Positions 11,601 through 19,445 of a stretch of 32,000 nt of DNA are shown here, one piece after another. The translations under genes were made by a program, and so were the position numbers. A model generated the notes under the pieces. It was not told the DNA's origin. It saw only the letters and a list, made by a program, of their open reading frames with translations, and ran no database searches. Each line of letters starts with the position of its first letter. Position 1 is the stretch's first letter. This DNA is from Microcystis aeruginosa NIES-843 (lineage in GTDB: Bacteria > Cyanobacteriota > Cyanobacteriia > Cyanobacteriales > Microcystaceae), in assembly GCF_000010625.1 (NCBI RefSeq), contig NC_010296.1, positions 1,080,001-1,112,000 of the forward strand. The letters are read 5' to 3'.

Positions 11601-13263
11601 CTTAACGGTTAACTACACCCTGGCGGGTACTGCTACCCTCGGCAGCGACTACAATGACCCCAGTTTAGGCCAAGCCACCTTTTTGGCAGGTGCGGACAAA
11701 GCCACCATCATCCTGCCCACCACCGACGATATTGTGGTAGACCCCAGTGAAACCATCATCACCACAATTACCGCCCCCACCGGCTACACTATCAGTGGAC
11801 CCGACACGGCGACGGCGACAATCATCGATGACGACCTTGGCACCCTCACTCTGGGGAAAACCACCGATGGTAAGGAAGCAGGTTCAGTAAGCAGTGTCTT
11901 TACCCTCACCCGCACCGGCGACCTCTCCAGTGCCTTAACGGTTAACTACACCCTGGCGGGTACTGCTACCCTCGGCAGCGACTACAATGACCCCAGTTTA
12001 GGCCAAGCCACCTTTGCGGCAGGTGCGGACAAAGCCACCATCATCCTGCCCACCACCGACGATATTGTGGTAGACCCCAGTGAAACCATCATCACCACAA
12101 TTACCGCCCCCGTCGGCTACACTATCAGTGGACCTGACACGGCGACGGCCACCATTCTTGACAATGATGGTAACGCGGCCAATAACAACTTGGTCGGGAC
12201 AGGCTTTGCCGATGCCCTGGCTGGAGTGGGAGGTAATGACACCCTTAGCGGTTTAGGAGGCAACGACACCCTCGATGGTGGGGCCAATAACGACACATAC
12301 CTCTTCGACACAGATCTGGTCTTGGGTAGCGATCGCGTAATTGATGCCTCTGGAATCGATACCCTCAACTTTGCGGCGACCACAACTAAAACCATCAACC
12401 TCAATCTCGGCAGTACCGTCGCCCAAACCGTCACCGCCGGAAATCTCACTCTCACCCTAGCTAGTGCCACTGCCTTTGAAAATGTTATTGGTGGTAGCCT
12501 CAACGACAACATCGTCGGCAATACTCTGGCTAATTCCCTCAGCGGTGGAGCGGGTAATGACACCCTCAATGGTGGGGCCAATAACGACACATACCTCTTC
12601 GACACAGATCTGGTCTTGGGTAGCGATCGCGTAATTGATGCCTCTGGAATCGATACCCTCAACTTTGCGGCGACCACAACTAAAACCATCAACCTCAATC
12701 TCGGCAGTACCGTCGCCCAAACCGTCACCGCCGGAAATCTCACTCTCACCCTAGCTAGTGCCACTGCCTTTGAAAATGTTATTGGTGGTAGCCTCAACGA
12801 CAACATCGTCGGCAATACTCTGGCTAATTCCCTCAGCGGTGGAGCGGGTAATGATAACCTGACAGGCGGTCTTGGCAAAGATACCCTGACGGGAAGCACG
12901 GGATTGGATACTTTGACCTACAATTCCCTCGGTGAGTCGCTGCTGAGTGGCTTTGATGTTATTCAAGGCTACAGTGGCACAGGTGCTAATCTTGAGCGCA
13001 TTAATGCCCCTGGGTCTATTGCGGCAATCACTTTGACCGCATCGAAAGGGACAGCTACTTCTTTAACCGAAGCGGCGATTCAGTTGGTCTTGACGAATGC
13101 GGCCTTTGCTGCTAACACGGCGGCGGCTTTTACAGTGACAGGTCAAAGTGGTACTTTTATCGCTCTCAATAATGGAGTGGCTGGCTTCCAAGCCGCTAGT
13201 GATGCAATCATTCAACTGAGTGGTTACAACATTGCTGTCGCTACACCAGTGGTAGTGATCTAG
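5659..13263 (+). CDS. Giant secreted subtilase-adhesin-like protein. Modules: I9-like propeptide + peptidase S8 + Calx-beta + jelly-roll-like domain + 12 Calx-beta-like cassettes + RTX (GGxGxD) repeats + bluetail-like C-terminal tail
   Basis: 2534-aa ORF. S8 triad motifs are VIGVIDTGVDYNH (Asp codon 6421), HGTHVSGTIAG (His codon 6586) and GTSMASPHVTGAAALL (Ser codon 7066). The propeptide-like segment is NQLIVKFKQG...FEYIEPDY. The repeats carry the Calx-beta-like pattern [32 protein letters not shown] nonapeptides include GGNDTLSGLGGNDTLDGGANND. The tail is GTFIALNNGVAGFQAASDAIIQLSGY. There is no N-terminal signal peptide. Confidence 0.85.
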   Translation: MPSLADSLSFDGAFPITADLTGSGDLSVSIETPPLGVLNSNSSPSTVSSEAPTVSASPTAKSSPLFPAPLSINSSRYSTSPGLGLASVPAAAPVTTSPGLGLASVPTAAPVTSELEPAATRTLAPHAPNQLIVKFKQGIASAQVAQFQSLFGAVRTQTIKLTGAQVWKLSGSLSVEKILAQYRSNPIFEYIEPDYIRTVGAFTPQATFPNYPSFNQLWGLHNTGQNGGTPDADIDAPEAWDIQTGNPNLVIGVIDTGVDYNHQDLVGNIWTNPGEIANDGIDNDGNGYIDDIRGWDFAYNDNNPSDVYGHGTHVSGTIAGKGNNGVGVTGVAWNAKIMPLKFLNDQGSGSTSNAIKAINYATAKGVKLTNNSWGGGGFSQALYDAINAAGQAGALFIAAAGNSSANADINPMYPAAYNLANIISVASTTRTDALSSFSNYGLTSVDLGAPGSDIYSTTPNNNYATYSGTSMASPHVTGAAALLWSQNPTWTAQQVKNTLMNTGDPLASLAGKTVSGKRLNVFNALGANLPSVTVSVSPASVQEDGTTNLVYTFTRTNLNLSSPLTVNFGASGIANAAPVGSDPADYNVLTGSGVIFDPTTKLGTVTFAAGATTATVVVDPIADTVQENSESVILTVNSGTGYIDGSPNTATGTIISEEGFTTYFSDDFANNTKGWTLGKEWQIGAATTSTGQNYGNPDPGTDNTPTADNGVAGVVIGGNASTALHGFYYLTSPVINTSTANKLFFEFARWLNSDYTPFVQNKVEIFNGSSWVNLLPNNFDEAPGVQDNAWTPQQFDISAYKSASTQIRFGFNVGSTDVFTVSSWNLDDVKIYGDGGITTKSISIAKTTDGKEAGSVSSVFTLTRTGDLSSALTVNYTLAGTATLGSDYNDPGAGKATFAAGSSKATIILPTIDDSVVDPSETIITKITAPTGYTISGPDTATATIIDDDLGTLTLGKTTDGKEAGLVSSVFTLTRTGDLSSALTVNYTLAGTATLGSDYNDPSLGQATFVAGSPTATITLPTIDDSVVDPSETIITKITAPTGYTISGPDTATATIIDDDLGTLTLGKTTDGKEAGLVSSVFTLTRTGDLSSALTVNYTLAGTATLGSDYNDPSLGQATFVAGSPTATITLPTIDDSVVDPSETIITKITAPTGYTISGPDTATATIIDDDLGTLTLGKTTDGKEAGLVSSVFTLTRTGDLSSALTVNYTLAGTATLGSDYNDPSLGQATFAAGSPTATITLPTIDDSVVDPSETIITTITAPTGYTISGPDTATATIIDDDLGTLTLGKTTDGKEAGLVSSVFTLTRTGDLSSALTVNYTLAGTATLGSDYNDPSLGQATFAAGADKATIILPTTDDIVVDPSETIITTITAPTGYTISGPDTATATIIDDDLGTLTLGKTTDGKEAGLVSSVFTLTRTGDLSSALTVNYTLAGTATLGSDYNDPSLGQATFAAGADKATIILPTIDDSVVDPSETIITTITAPTGYTISGPDTATATIIDDDLGTLTLGKTTDGKEAGLVSSVFTLTRTGDLSSALTVTYTLAGTATLGSDYNDPSLGQATFVAGSPTATITLPTIDDSVVDPSETIITKITAPTGYTISGPDTATATIIDDDLGTLTLGKTTDGKEAGLVSSVFTLTRTGDLSSALTVNYTLAGTATLGSDYNDPSLGQATFAAGADKATIILPTTDDIVVDPSETIITTITAPTGYTISGPDTATATIIDDDLGTLTLGKTTDGKEAGSVSSVFTLTRTGDLSSALTVNYTLAGTATLGSDYNDPSLGQATFVAGSPTATITLPTIDDIVVDPSETIITKITAPTGYTISGPDTATATIIDDDLGTLTLGKTTDGKEAGSVSSVFTLTRTGDLSSALTVNYTLAGTATLGSDYNDPSLGQATFAAGADKATIILPTTDDIVVDPSETIITTITAPTGYTISGPDTATATIIDDDLGTLTLGKTTDGKEAGLVSSVFTLTRTGDLSSALTVNYTLAGTATLGSDYNDPSLGQATFLAGADKATIILPTTDDIVVDPSETIITTITAPTGYTISGPDTATATIIDDDLGTLTLGKTTDGKEAGSVSSVFTLTRTGDLSSALTVNYTLAGTATLGSDYNDPSLGQATFAAGADKATIILPTTDDIVVDPSETIITTITAPVGYTISGPDTATATILDNDGNAANNNLVGTGFADALAGVGGNDTLSGLGGNDTLDGGANNDTYLFDTDLVLGSDRVIDASGIDTLNFAATTTKTINLNLGSTVAQTVTAGNLTLTLASATAFENVIGGSLNDNIVGNTLANSLSGGAGNDTLNGGANNDTYLFDTDLVLGSDRVIDASGIDTLNFAATTTKTINLNLGSTVAQTVTAGNLTLTLASATAFENVIGGSLNDNIVGNTLANSLSGGAGNDNLTGGLGKDTLTGSTGLDTLTYNSLGESLLSGFDVIQGYSGTGANLERINAPGSIAAITLTASKGTATSLTEAAIQLVLTNAAFAANTAAAFTVTGQSGTFIALNNGVAGFQAASDAIIQLSGYNIAVATPVVVI
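8194..12160 (+). repeat. Twelve in-frame, near-identical 333-bp (111-aa) tandem cassettes inside gene 1
   Basis: The period was measured at several points: AAAACCACCGATGG at 8194, 8527 and 11857, and CTGGGGA at 8521, 8854 and 9187. Twelve KTTDGKEAG units were counted in the translation. Confidence 0.95.
12265..12852 (+). repeat. 294-bp (98-aa) in-frame tandem duplication in the RTX region of gene 1 (12265-12558 / 12559-12852)
   Basis: GGTGGGGCCAATAACGACACATACCTCTTCGACACAGATCTGG occurs at 12277 and 12571. The protein shows GGANNDTYLFDTDLVLGSDRVIDASGIDTLNFAATTTKTINLNLGSTVAQTVTAGNLTLTLASATAFENVIGGSLNDNIVGNTLANSLSGGAGND twice. Confidence 0.9.
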
Positions 13264-13287
13264 ATTGAGAGATCATTCAAGTTTGCC

Positions 13288-13315
13288 GGCAGTAGGAGAC
13301 TCTTCTCCTACTGCC
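13288..13315. terminator. Perfect 12-bp stem / 4-nt loop hairpin 25 nt after the gene 1 stop
   Basis: GGCAGTAGGAGA (13288-13299), loop CTCT, TCTCCTACTGCC (13304-13315). No clear U-tract follows on either strand, so terminator function is inferred from position only. Confidence 0.45.
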
Positions 13316-13894
13316 ACTAGCGGTCTTTCAAAGCATAAGCTTCCTGTTGTTGTTCTGCGAAGCCTAAGAGGGGGGTGATTCGGTAGTAGTGATGGGGGCT
13401 TAATCCTTTGCTTTGCTGTGCATTGTAGTCATCGATAACTGAACTTCCACCCTATGAATATACTGGCTATGGCTAAAAGTCTTACAGAGCCTGATTTAAA
13501 GCAATGTAATACTAATAAACTACTGGGTACAAACTCCTGAAATCTTTACGCAGATAGGGCTTGAGGCAAAAATTTTCAAATTTGACCCTTCGACCATTAT
13601 AGCTTGTTTCCAGGCAGAAAACCAGCAAAAACATGGCTACAGAGGGAATCGCTGACTCTAGAGATTAATGACACCATCTGTTATAATAAGGTTAGCGATC
13701 ACTATACAGCCAACTCTACGGAATCGCTCTACTCCAGATACAGTCAACGGTACAGCCATTTTCAAAGGGAAAATGTACCCAGTGGCAGCTTGTCAATTTT
13801 TTCTGAGAAGCTCCAGGCAGTAAGGGTTTTGTTAATTTTTTAGTATTTCTGTATGGGGTAAGTCCAGCTATTAAAAACGGATTTTGGGTATTAC

Positions 13895-14120
13895 CTAAGT
13901 AGGGTCTGCTGAAAAAGCTTTTCGGTGGTGGCGGGGTGTGGGGTGTGGGGTGTGGGGTGTGGGGTTTTATCGATTTTCAGGTGGTCAAGTACCTAATTTT
14001 CAGGGAAAAAGTCCAGGAATTTTCCCCCCGATCCCCGCAATGGCTGGCACTTTTTGAGGGGAAAAAAGTCCAAAAGTCTTATCCAACAAGGTTTTTAGAT
14101 TTATTCAGCAGACCCTAAGT
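13895..14120 (+). mobile_element. MITE copy 1 (~226 bp) with terminal inverted repeats, flanking TAAGTA and an internal GGGGTGT heptamer array
   Basis: The ends are TAAGTAGGGTCTGCTGAA... and ...TTCAGCAGACCCTAAGTA. The interior is alignable to 19444-19676 and, inverted, to 23184-23407. (GGGGTGT)x4 lies at ~13932-13966. Confidence 0.8.
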
Positions 14121-14242
14121 AATACTTCTATGTTACATTATTCTCAATAAGGCTGTCCTTATTGCGGTGAATAATAGAGTTCTTGGATAAATTTAAGAAA
14201 AAAATTTTTTTGTTAGACTTGTCTAGTTGTAATTACAGATGG

Positions 14243-14293
14243 ATAATAAATTTAAGCCCAAGGCAGAAAGGTTGGGCTTGTCTTTTTCCCTAA
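14243..14293 (+). promoter_or_regulatory. Conserved 51-nt leader element, copy 2 (perfect terminator-like hairpin) upstream of giant gene 2
   Basis: AAGCCCAA (14254-14261), loop GGCAGAAAGG, TTGGGCTT (14272-14279), then GTCTTTTTCCC. It lies ~75 nt upstream of ATG 14367. Confidence 0.5.
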
Positions 14294-14366
14294 CCATAAA
14301 CAGAAGGAATTCAACACCCCCAAGTAATTGACCGATTAATTCTCGGAAAATGGGGTGCGCCTGCTG

Positions 14367-17300
14367 ATGAAGACAACACAAGTAAGTTCCGATTTATCTA
14401 GTACAAATATGCCATCTCTAGAAGATTCTTTGCGTTTTGAGCAATCCTTATCAATCACGGGTGATTTAACAGGTTCCGACGATTTAACTGTATCGAAGGA
14501 AACTTCTCCCTTAGGAGTCCTGAACTCTAACCCCTCCCCATCTACAGTCTCCTCTGAGGCTGCTACGGTTCCAGTCTCCCCTGCTGCTACGAGTCAAGTG
14601 GCGTTTCCCGCTTCTCCCAGTATTGACTCTTCTGGTTATTCCACCAGTCAAGCGTCGGGTCCCGCCTCTGTACCCGCCGCTGCCCCCGTCACCAGCAGTC
14701 CAGCGTTGGGTCTTGCCTCTGTACCCACCGCCGAGGGAGGGGATTCGAGGGTTAATCAGGACAATCTCAACCAGAAAACTGGAGAAAATCGGCAGGCTAA
14801 CTCTCCCATACCAGTAGTTGATCGGGGGGATTTTTATTGGGCAGACGGTCAGCCAGTAAAACTACTACAGCGCACTACTCAAATAACTCTGACCCTGACC
14901 GACCGGGCAACCAGACTAAACGATCTATTGGCAGCCGGTCAAATCCTAGAAGGGCTGAAATTAGAGAAAAACGTCTCCCAGAATACCTACATACTAAGCA
15001 GTAAGACAGCGACTGCCCTTGATATCGCCCAGATCGAAGCCAGATTAGGGGAAATCCCCGGGGTTCGAGTAGCCCCAGTTTATCAGTCTCCCTTGACTAA
15101 CACTTGGCTAGTGGCCACCAACGAAATAATTGTTTCCTTGCGGCCAGGGTTAAAGGCTCAAGAGGTTTTCGGGAATGATTCCCGTTTTGCCAGTTATCGC
15201 AGCCTATTGGGAACACCCAACCAATTTGTCGTGACTCTCCAAGAAGGACTTCCTAACCTAGCTACTGCTAATGCCCTTCAGTCCGATAGAAGCTTTCAGT
15301 GGGCAAGTCCCAACTTCTACCAACAACGGGAGCGATTTTTTATTCCCAACGATCCTCTTTTCGGCAACCAATGGCATCTCAATAACACGGGACAAGTAGG
15401 AGGGACACCCGATGCGGACGTAGATGCCCCAGAAGCTTGGGATGTAAATGCGGGGGGTAGCAGTAACGTGGTTGTTGCTGTAATCGATGATGGAATGCAG
15501 TTAAACCATCCCGACCTGCAACTATTCATCAATACAGGGGAAATTGCAGGTAATGGCATTGATGACGATGGCAACGGTTGGATCGATGATGTGAACGGCT
15601 GGGACTTTACCAGTGGTGGCATCGGAGACAATAACCCAGGGCCTAGTGTCCCCGATGATGCCCATGCCACCGCCGTCGCTGGAGTAGCGGCAGGTCGGGG
15701 CAACAACACACTGGGAGTGACGGGGATGGCCTATAACTCCCGATTACTGCCCGTGCGGATTTTCTTGGGAGGCTCTGCCACCAGTGACGCTAATATCGCC
15801 TCGGCCATTTATTATGCCGCCGGTCGCACGGCTTCGGGTACTGGCACTTGGCGTGCAGGGGATATTCTGAACAACAGTTGGGGTGGTGGTGGCTTCAGCA
15901 GTGCCATCTCCAGTGCCTTTACCTGGGCTAGTACCAGCGGGCGCGATGGCAAAGGGGCAATTTCCTACATTGCCACGGGTAACGGTTTTGGGGCTCCCGT
16001 TAGTTTTCCTGCCAATCTCTCCAGTACCATACCGGGGGTAATTGCCGTCGGTGCGAGTACCAACCTCGACCAGTTGGCCAGCTATAGTAACGTCGGACCG
16101 CAAGTGGATTTCGTTGCCCCTAGCGGTGGTCCCACTTATGGCGGTACAGCTAATATTGTTACCACAGACCGGACGGGTGCCGATGGCTATAACAGCACCT
16201 CCGACTATACCACTACTGGCGCGGATGGGTTTAGCGGCACCAGTTCCGCCACTCCTCTAGCGGCAGGAATTGGGGCATTGATTCTGGCACAAGACCCCAG
16301 TCTTACCGCCGCCCAAGTGCGGGGTTTAATGCGGAACACCACGGACTTGATTGGTCCGGTTGCCTACGATAACAAGGGTTTTAACACCCAATACGGTTAC
16401 GGTCGCGTCAACGCTAACACTGCTATCCGAGGAGTAGGTATCGCAGAAATTCAGGTTCTGCAAGATCGAACCAATATTGCCGATAATACGGGCAGTTTCA
16501 GCTTTGCGGCCGGTGTAGGTCAAACCCAAACCCAAACCTTCCGGGTTCGCAACCAAGGCACAAAAGATTTAACCCTCGGAGCCATTTCCCTAGGTGGTGG
16601 TTCGGGTTTTAGCTTGGCTTCCAGTTTTACGGATACAACCCTCAGTGTCGGTGAGTCCACCACCTTCTCGGTAAATTTTTCTCCCACGACAACGGGAACT
16701 TTCAGCAATACCATTAGCTTTACGAATAATGATGCCGATGAGAGTACTTTTAACTTTACCCTTAACGGCACGGGCTTAAACAGTAAGAGCTTCAGTAACA
16801 CAAGCCCGATTACTATTCCTGATAGTGGTACGAGTACCCCCTATCCTTCGACGATCAATGTTTCAGGCTTAACCGGTAATATTAATAGCCTGAAAGTAAC
16901 GCTGACAAACCTGAGCCATACTTGGCCCGATGATATTGATGTATTACTGGTGGGTCCGACGGGAACCAAGGCCTTATTAATGTCCGATGTGGGTGGCTCA
17001 AGTGATGTCAGTAATGTCACTCTCACCTTTGATCCGACGGCCACCTCCTTCTTGCCCGATGAAGGGCTAATTACCAGTGGCAGTTATAAGGCCACAGACG
17101 TTGGAACCGGTGATATCTTTAATGCGCCCGCTCCCGGTGGCCCCTACGGTACGGATTTCTCCGTATTCAACGGCATCAACCCCAATGGAACCTGGAGCCT
17201 CTACGTTGTGGATGACGAGGGACCCGACGCGGGAACTATTGCTGGTGGTTGGTCTTTGGATATTGGTACGGGGGGCGGATCGACGAAAACAATCTCGATC

Positions 17301-19445
17301 GCCAAAACCACCGACGGTAAGGAAGCAGGTTCAGTGAGCAGTGTCTTTACCCTCACCCGCACTGGCGACCTCTCCAGTGCCTTAACCGTCACCTACACCC
17401 TGGCGGGTACTGCTACCCTCGGCAGCGACTACAATGATCCCAGTTTAGGCCAAGCCGCCTTTGTGGCAGGTTCCCCCACTGCTACCATCACTCTGCCCAC
17501 CATAGATGATAGTGTGGTAGATCCCAGTGAAACGATCATCACCAAAATTACTGCTCCCACGGGCTACACTATCAGTGGTTCCGACACCGCCACGGCGACG
17601 ATTGTGGATAATGATGGTGGTGGTGGCAATATCTTCAGTAACCCTAACCCGATTACTATTCCTGATAGTGGTTCCAGTACCCCCTATCCTTCCACTATTA
17701 ATGTTTCAGGCTTGAGCGGTAATATTAATAGCCTGAAAGTAACCCTGACAAACCTGAGCCATACTTATCCCGATGATATTGATGTATTACTGGTCGGTCC
17801 GACGGGAACCAAAGCCTTATTAATGTCCGATGTGGGTGGCTTTAATAGTCTCAGTAATGTCACTCTCACCTTTGATCCGACGGCCACCTCCTTCTTGCTC
17901 GATGAAGGGCTAATTACCAGTGGCAGTTATAAGGCCACAGACTTTTTAACTGGTGATATCTTTAATGCGCCCGCTCCCGGTGGCCCCTACGGCACGGATT
18001 TCTCCGTATTCAACGGCATCAACCCCAATGGAACCTGGAGCCTCTACGTTGTGGATGACGCGGGAGGAGACGTGGGAACTATTGCTGGTGGTTGGTCTTT
18101 GGATATTGGTACGGCTACTACTCTTCCGGTGGTGACAGTAGCAGCCACCGATGCCGATGCTGGCGAACCCACCAACAATGGTCAATATACCCTCACCCGC
18201 ACTGGTGACACCACCAGCGCCTTGACGGTGAACATCGCCATGAGCGGCACAGCAACCAATGGCACAGATTACACGACCATTTCGACCCCAGTAAATTTTG
18301 CCGCGGGTTCTGCCACTGCGTTGGTTGACCTCAATGTCATTGACGACACCCTCGTAGAAGGCACAGAAACCGCCATTCTCACCGTCTTAGCGGGAACAGG
18401 CTACACCGTCGGGTCTGCAGCTAGTGCCACAGTCAATATTGCTGATAATGATTTACCCGATTTACCCATTATCGACCTGAGCGCTAACCAAACGGTAGTT
18501 GAAGGGATCACCAGTCCCCAAAATGTCACTTATACTGTTACTCTGTCTAGTGATAGCACTGACACAATTACTGTTCAATATGCCACTGGTGACAATACCG
18601 CTATAGCAGGGTCGGACTATACTACCACCAAGGGGACTCTCACCTTTGCTCCTGGTGTTACCAGTCAAGACATCATTATTCCTATTCTCAATGACTCCCT
18701 TAACGAAGCACAGGAAACCTTTAATCTCACTCTGTCTTCTCCTACCAATGCCCAATTGGGTACAGCAGCTGTAACTACAACCATTACTGATACTCTCGTA
18801 ACTGCGGCTAGTACCACCCTAGCAGCAAATGTAGAAAACCTCACCCTGACTGGAACGGCAGCAATTAACGGTACTGGTAATAATGGTAATAACGTTATCA
18901 TTGGTAACAGTGCTAATAACACCCTCACAGGTCTCGCCGGTAATGATACTCTCAATGGGGGCGCTGGTAATGACAATCTTATTAGTGGTGATGGTAATGA
19001 TCTCTTGTTGGGTGGTGCTGGTAACGACACCCTCAATGGCGGCTTGGGTGTGGATACTCTGACTGGTGGTGTTGGAAACGATTTCTTCAGGCTCGACAAC
19101 GTAGCGAACGGTGATCTGATCACCGGCTTCTCCGTAGCCGATGACACGATCATTCTGGCGAACAGTCTTGACAGCACCTTGACCGGCCCCATTAATCCGG
19201 GGATCAAAGGTCTGCTGTTTATTAGTGGTAATGTGAACGGAAGTGTCCTTAGCGCTGCCGGGTTCTTCAAGGGAGCGGGGATCAACGGGGGAGCATCCGG
19301 AAACTCCTCCGGCATCTACGTCAACACTAGCAACGGCGACATCTGGTATAACGATTCCACCGTCGCCGGTAGTTACCTAATTGCCAATGTTGGGGCTGGT
19401 GCCGCAGCTGGCATGACCAATCTCGACTTCGTTTACGGAGTGTAA
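14367..19445 (+). CDS. Giant secreted subtilase. Modules: shared N-terminus + peptidase S8 + beta-sandwich + 2 proprotein-convertase P-domain-like modules + Calx-beta modules + RTX repeats
   Basis: The track ORF starts at GTG 14355. I prefer ATG 14367 ([10 protein letters not shown]...). S8 motifs are [37 protein letters not shown] and [18 protein letters not shown]-domain-like modules ([49 protein letters not shown]...[11 protein letters not shown]....[10 protein letters not shown]) occur twice. Calx-beta patterns include [32 protein letters not shown] repeats include [51 protein letters not shown]. Confidence 0.85.
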   Translation: MKTTQVSSDLSSTNMPSLEDSLRFEQSLSITGDLTGSDDLTVSKETSPLGVLNSNPSPSTVSSEAATVPVSPAATSQVAFPASPSIDSSGYSTSQASGPASVPAAAPVTSSPALGLASVPTAEGGDSRVNQDNLNQKTGENRQANSPIPVVDRGDFYWADGQPVKLLQRTTQITLTLTDRATRLNDLLAAGQILEGLKLEKNVSQNTYILSSKTATALDIAQIEARLGEIPGVRVAPVYQSPLTNTWLVATNEIIVSLRPGLKAQEVFGNDSRFASYRSLLGTPNQFVVTLQEGLPNLATANALQSDRSFQWASPNFYQQRERFFIPNDPLFGNQWHLNNTGQVGGTPDADVDAPEAWDVNAGGSSNVVVAVIDDGMQLNHPDLQLFINTGEIAGNGIDDDGNGWIDDVNGWDFTSGGIGDNNPGPSVPDDAHATAVAGVAAGRGNNTLGVTGMAYNSRLLPVRIFLGGSATSDANIASAIYYAAGRTASGTGTWRAGDILNNSWGGGGFSSAISSAFTWASTSGRDGKGAISYIATGNGFGAPVSFPANLSSTIPGVIAVGASTNLDQLASYSNVGPQVDFVAPSGGPTYGGTANIVTTDRTGADGYNSTSDYTTTGADGFSGTSSATPLAAGIGALILAQDPSLTAAQVRGLMRNTTDLIGPVAYDNKGFNTQYGYGRVNANTAIRGVGIAEIQVLQDRTNIADNTGSFSFAAGVGQTQTQTFRVRNQGTKDLTLGAISLGGGSGFSLASSFTDTTLSVGESTTFSVNFSPTTTGTFSNTISFTNNDADESTFNFTLNGTGLNSKSFSNTSPITIPDSGTSTPYPSTINVSGLTGNINSLKVTLTNLSHTWPDDIDVLLVGPTGTKALLMSDVGGSSDVSNVTLTFDPTATSFLPDEGLITSGSYKATDVGTGDIFNAPAPGGPYGTDFSVFNGINPNGTWSLYVVDDEGPDAGTIAGGWSLDIGTGGGSTKTISIAKTTDGKEAGSVSSVFTLTRTGDLSSALTVTYTLAGTATLGSDYNDPSLGQAAFVAGSPTATITLPTIDDSVVDPSETIITKITAPTGYTISGSDTATATIVDNDGGGGNIFSNPNPITIPDSGSSTPYPSTINVSGLSGNINSLKVTLTNLSHTYPDDIDVLLVGPTGTKALLMSDVGGFNSLSNVTLTFDPTATSFLLDEGLITSGSYKATDFLTGDIFNAPAPGGPYGTDFSVFNGINPNGTWSLYVVDDAGGDVGTIAGGWSLDIGTATTLPVVTVAATDADAGEPTNNGQYTLTRTGDTTSALTVNIAMSGTATNGTDYTTISTPVNFAAGSATALVDLNVIDDTLVEGTETAILTVLAGTGYTVGSAASATVNIADNDLPDLPIIDLSANQTVVEGITSPQNVTYTVTLSSDSTDTITVQYATGDNTAIAGSDYTTTKGTLTFAPGVTSQDIIIPILNDSLNEAQETFNLTLSSPTNAQLGTAAVTTTITDTLVTAASTTLAANVENLTLTGTAAINGTGNNGNNVIIGNSANNTLTGLAGNDTLNGGAGNDNLISGDGNDLLLGGAGNDTLNGGLGVDTLTGGVGNDFFRLDNVANGDLITGFSVADDTIILANSLDSTLTGPINPGIKGLLFISGNVNGSVLSAAGFFKGAGINGGASGNSSGIYVNTSNGDIWYNDSTVAGSYLIANVGAGAAAGMTNLDFVYGV
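16790..18113 (+). repeat. 843-bp-offset in-frame module duplication in gene 2 (P-domain copies ~16790-17270 and ~17633-18113)
   Basis: CCCGATTACTATTCCTGATAGTGG occurs at 16805 and 17648. The two copies align at nucleotide level with scattered substitutions. Confidence 0.85.

Noticed and set aside
8194-12160. The regular 333-bp array considered as a CRISPR-like array or as a diversity-generating retroelement target
   Set aside because: There are no unique spacers; the units are contiguous and in frame within a long ORF. There is no reverse transcriptase or template repeat in the window, and the variation is not adenine-specific.
12117-12899. 260-aa minus-strand ORF (and 87-aa and 71-aa ORFs) antisense to the RTX region of gene 1
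   Set aside because: It lies wholly inside a strongly supported plus-strand gene. Its translation is low-complexity ([17 protein letters not shown]...) and duplicated only because the sense strand carries the 294-bp duplication. This is the typical stop-free antisense frame of GGxGxD-coding DNA.
13316-13455. ~45-codon open frame on the minus strand ending at 13318-13320 (…VIDDYNAQQSKGLSPHHYYRITPLLGFAEQQQEAYALKDR*)
   Set aside because: There is a stop codon immediately upstream and no start codon. I could not place the sequence in a family. It may be a decayed gene tail, but this is not supportable as a feature.
13604-13843. 79-aa plus-strand ORF in the gene 1-gene 2 spacer
   Set aside because: It has no recognisable motifs, no RBS, and an odd composition. 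It is probably a chance ORF in AT-rich spacer.
13932-13966. GGGGTGT arrays considered as telomere-like sequence or chromosome ends
   Set aside because: The arrays are short, internal to a MITE with defined inverted repeats, and occur in both orientations inside a normal gene context.
13936-14118. 60-aa ORF MWGVGCGVWGF...
   Set aside because: It lies entirely within MITE copy 1 and starts in the GGGGTGT array.
14355-14366. GTG start (MRLLMKTTQ...) for gene 2
   Set aside because: ATG at 14367 matches the conserved ATGAAAACAACACAAG seen upstream of gene 1. The 4 extra codons have no support. The start remains uncertain either way.
18665-19315. 216-aa minus-strand ORF antisense to the RTX region of gene 2; also smaller ORFs at 15317-15709, 15744-16103 and 16520-16801
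   Set aside because: Same reasoning as above. These are antisense or off-frame ORFs within a gene that has clear S8/P-domain/RTX motifs. Their translations carry no recognisable motifs.
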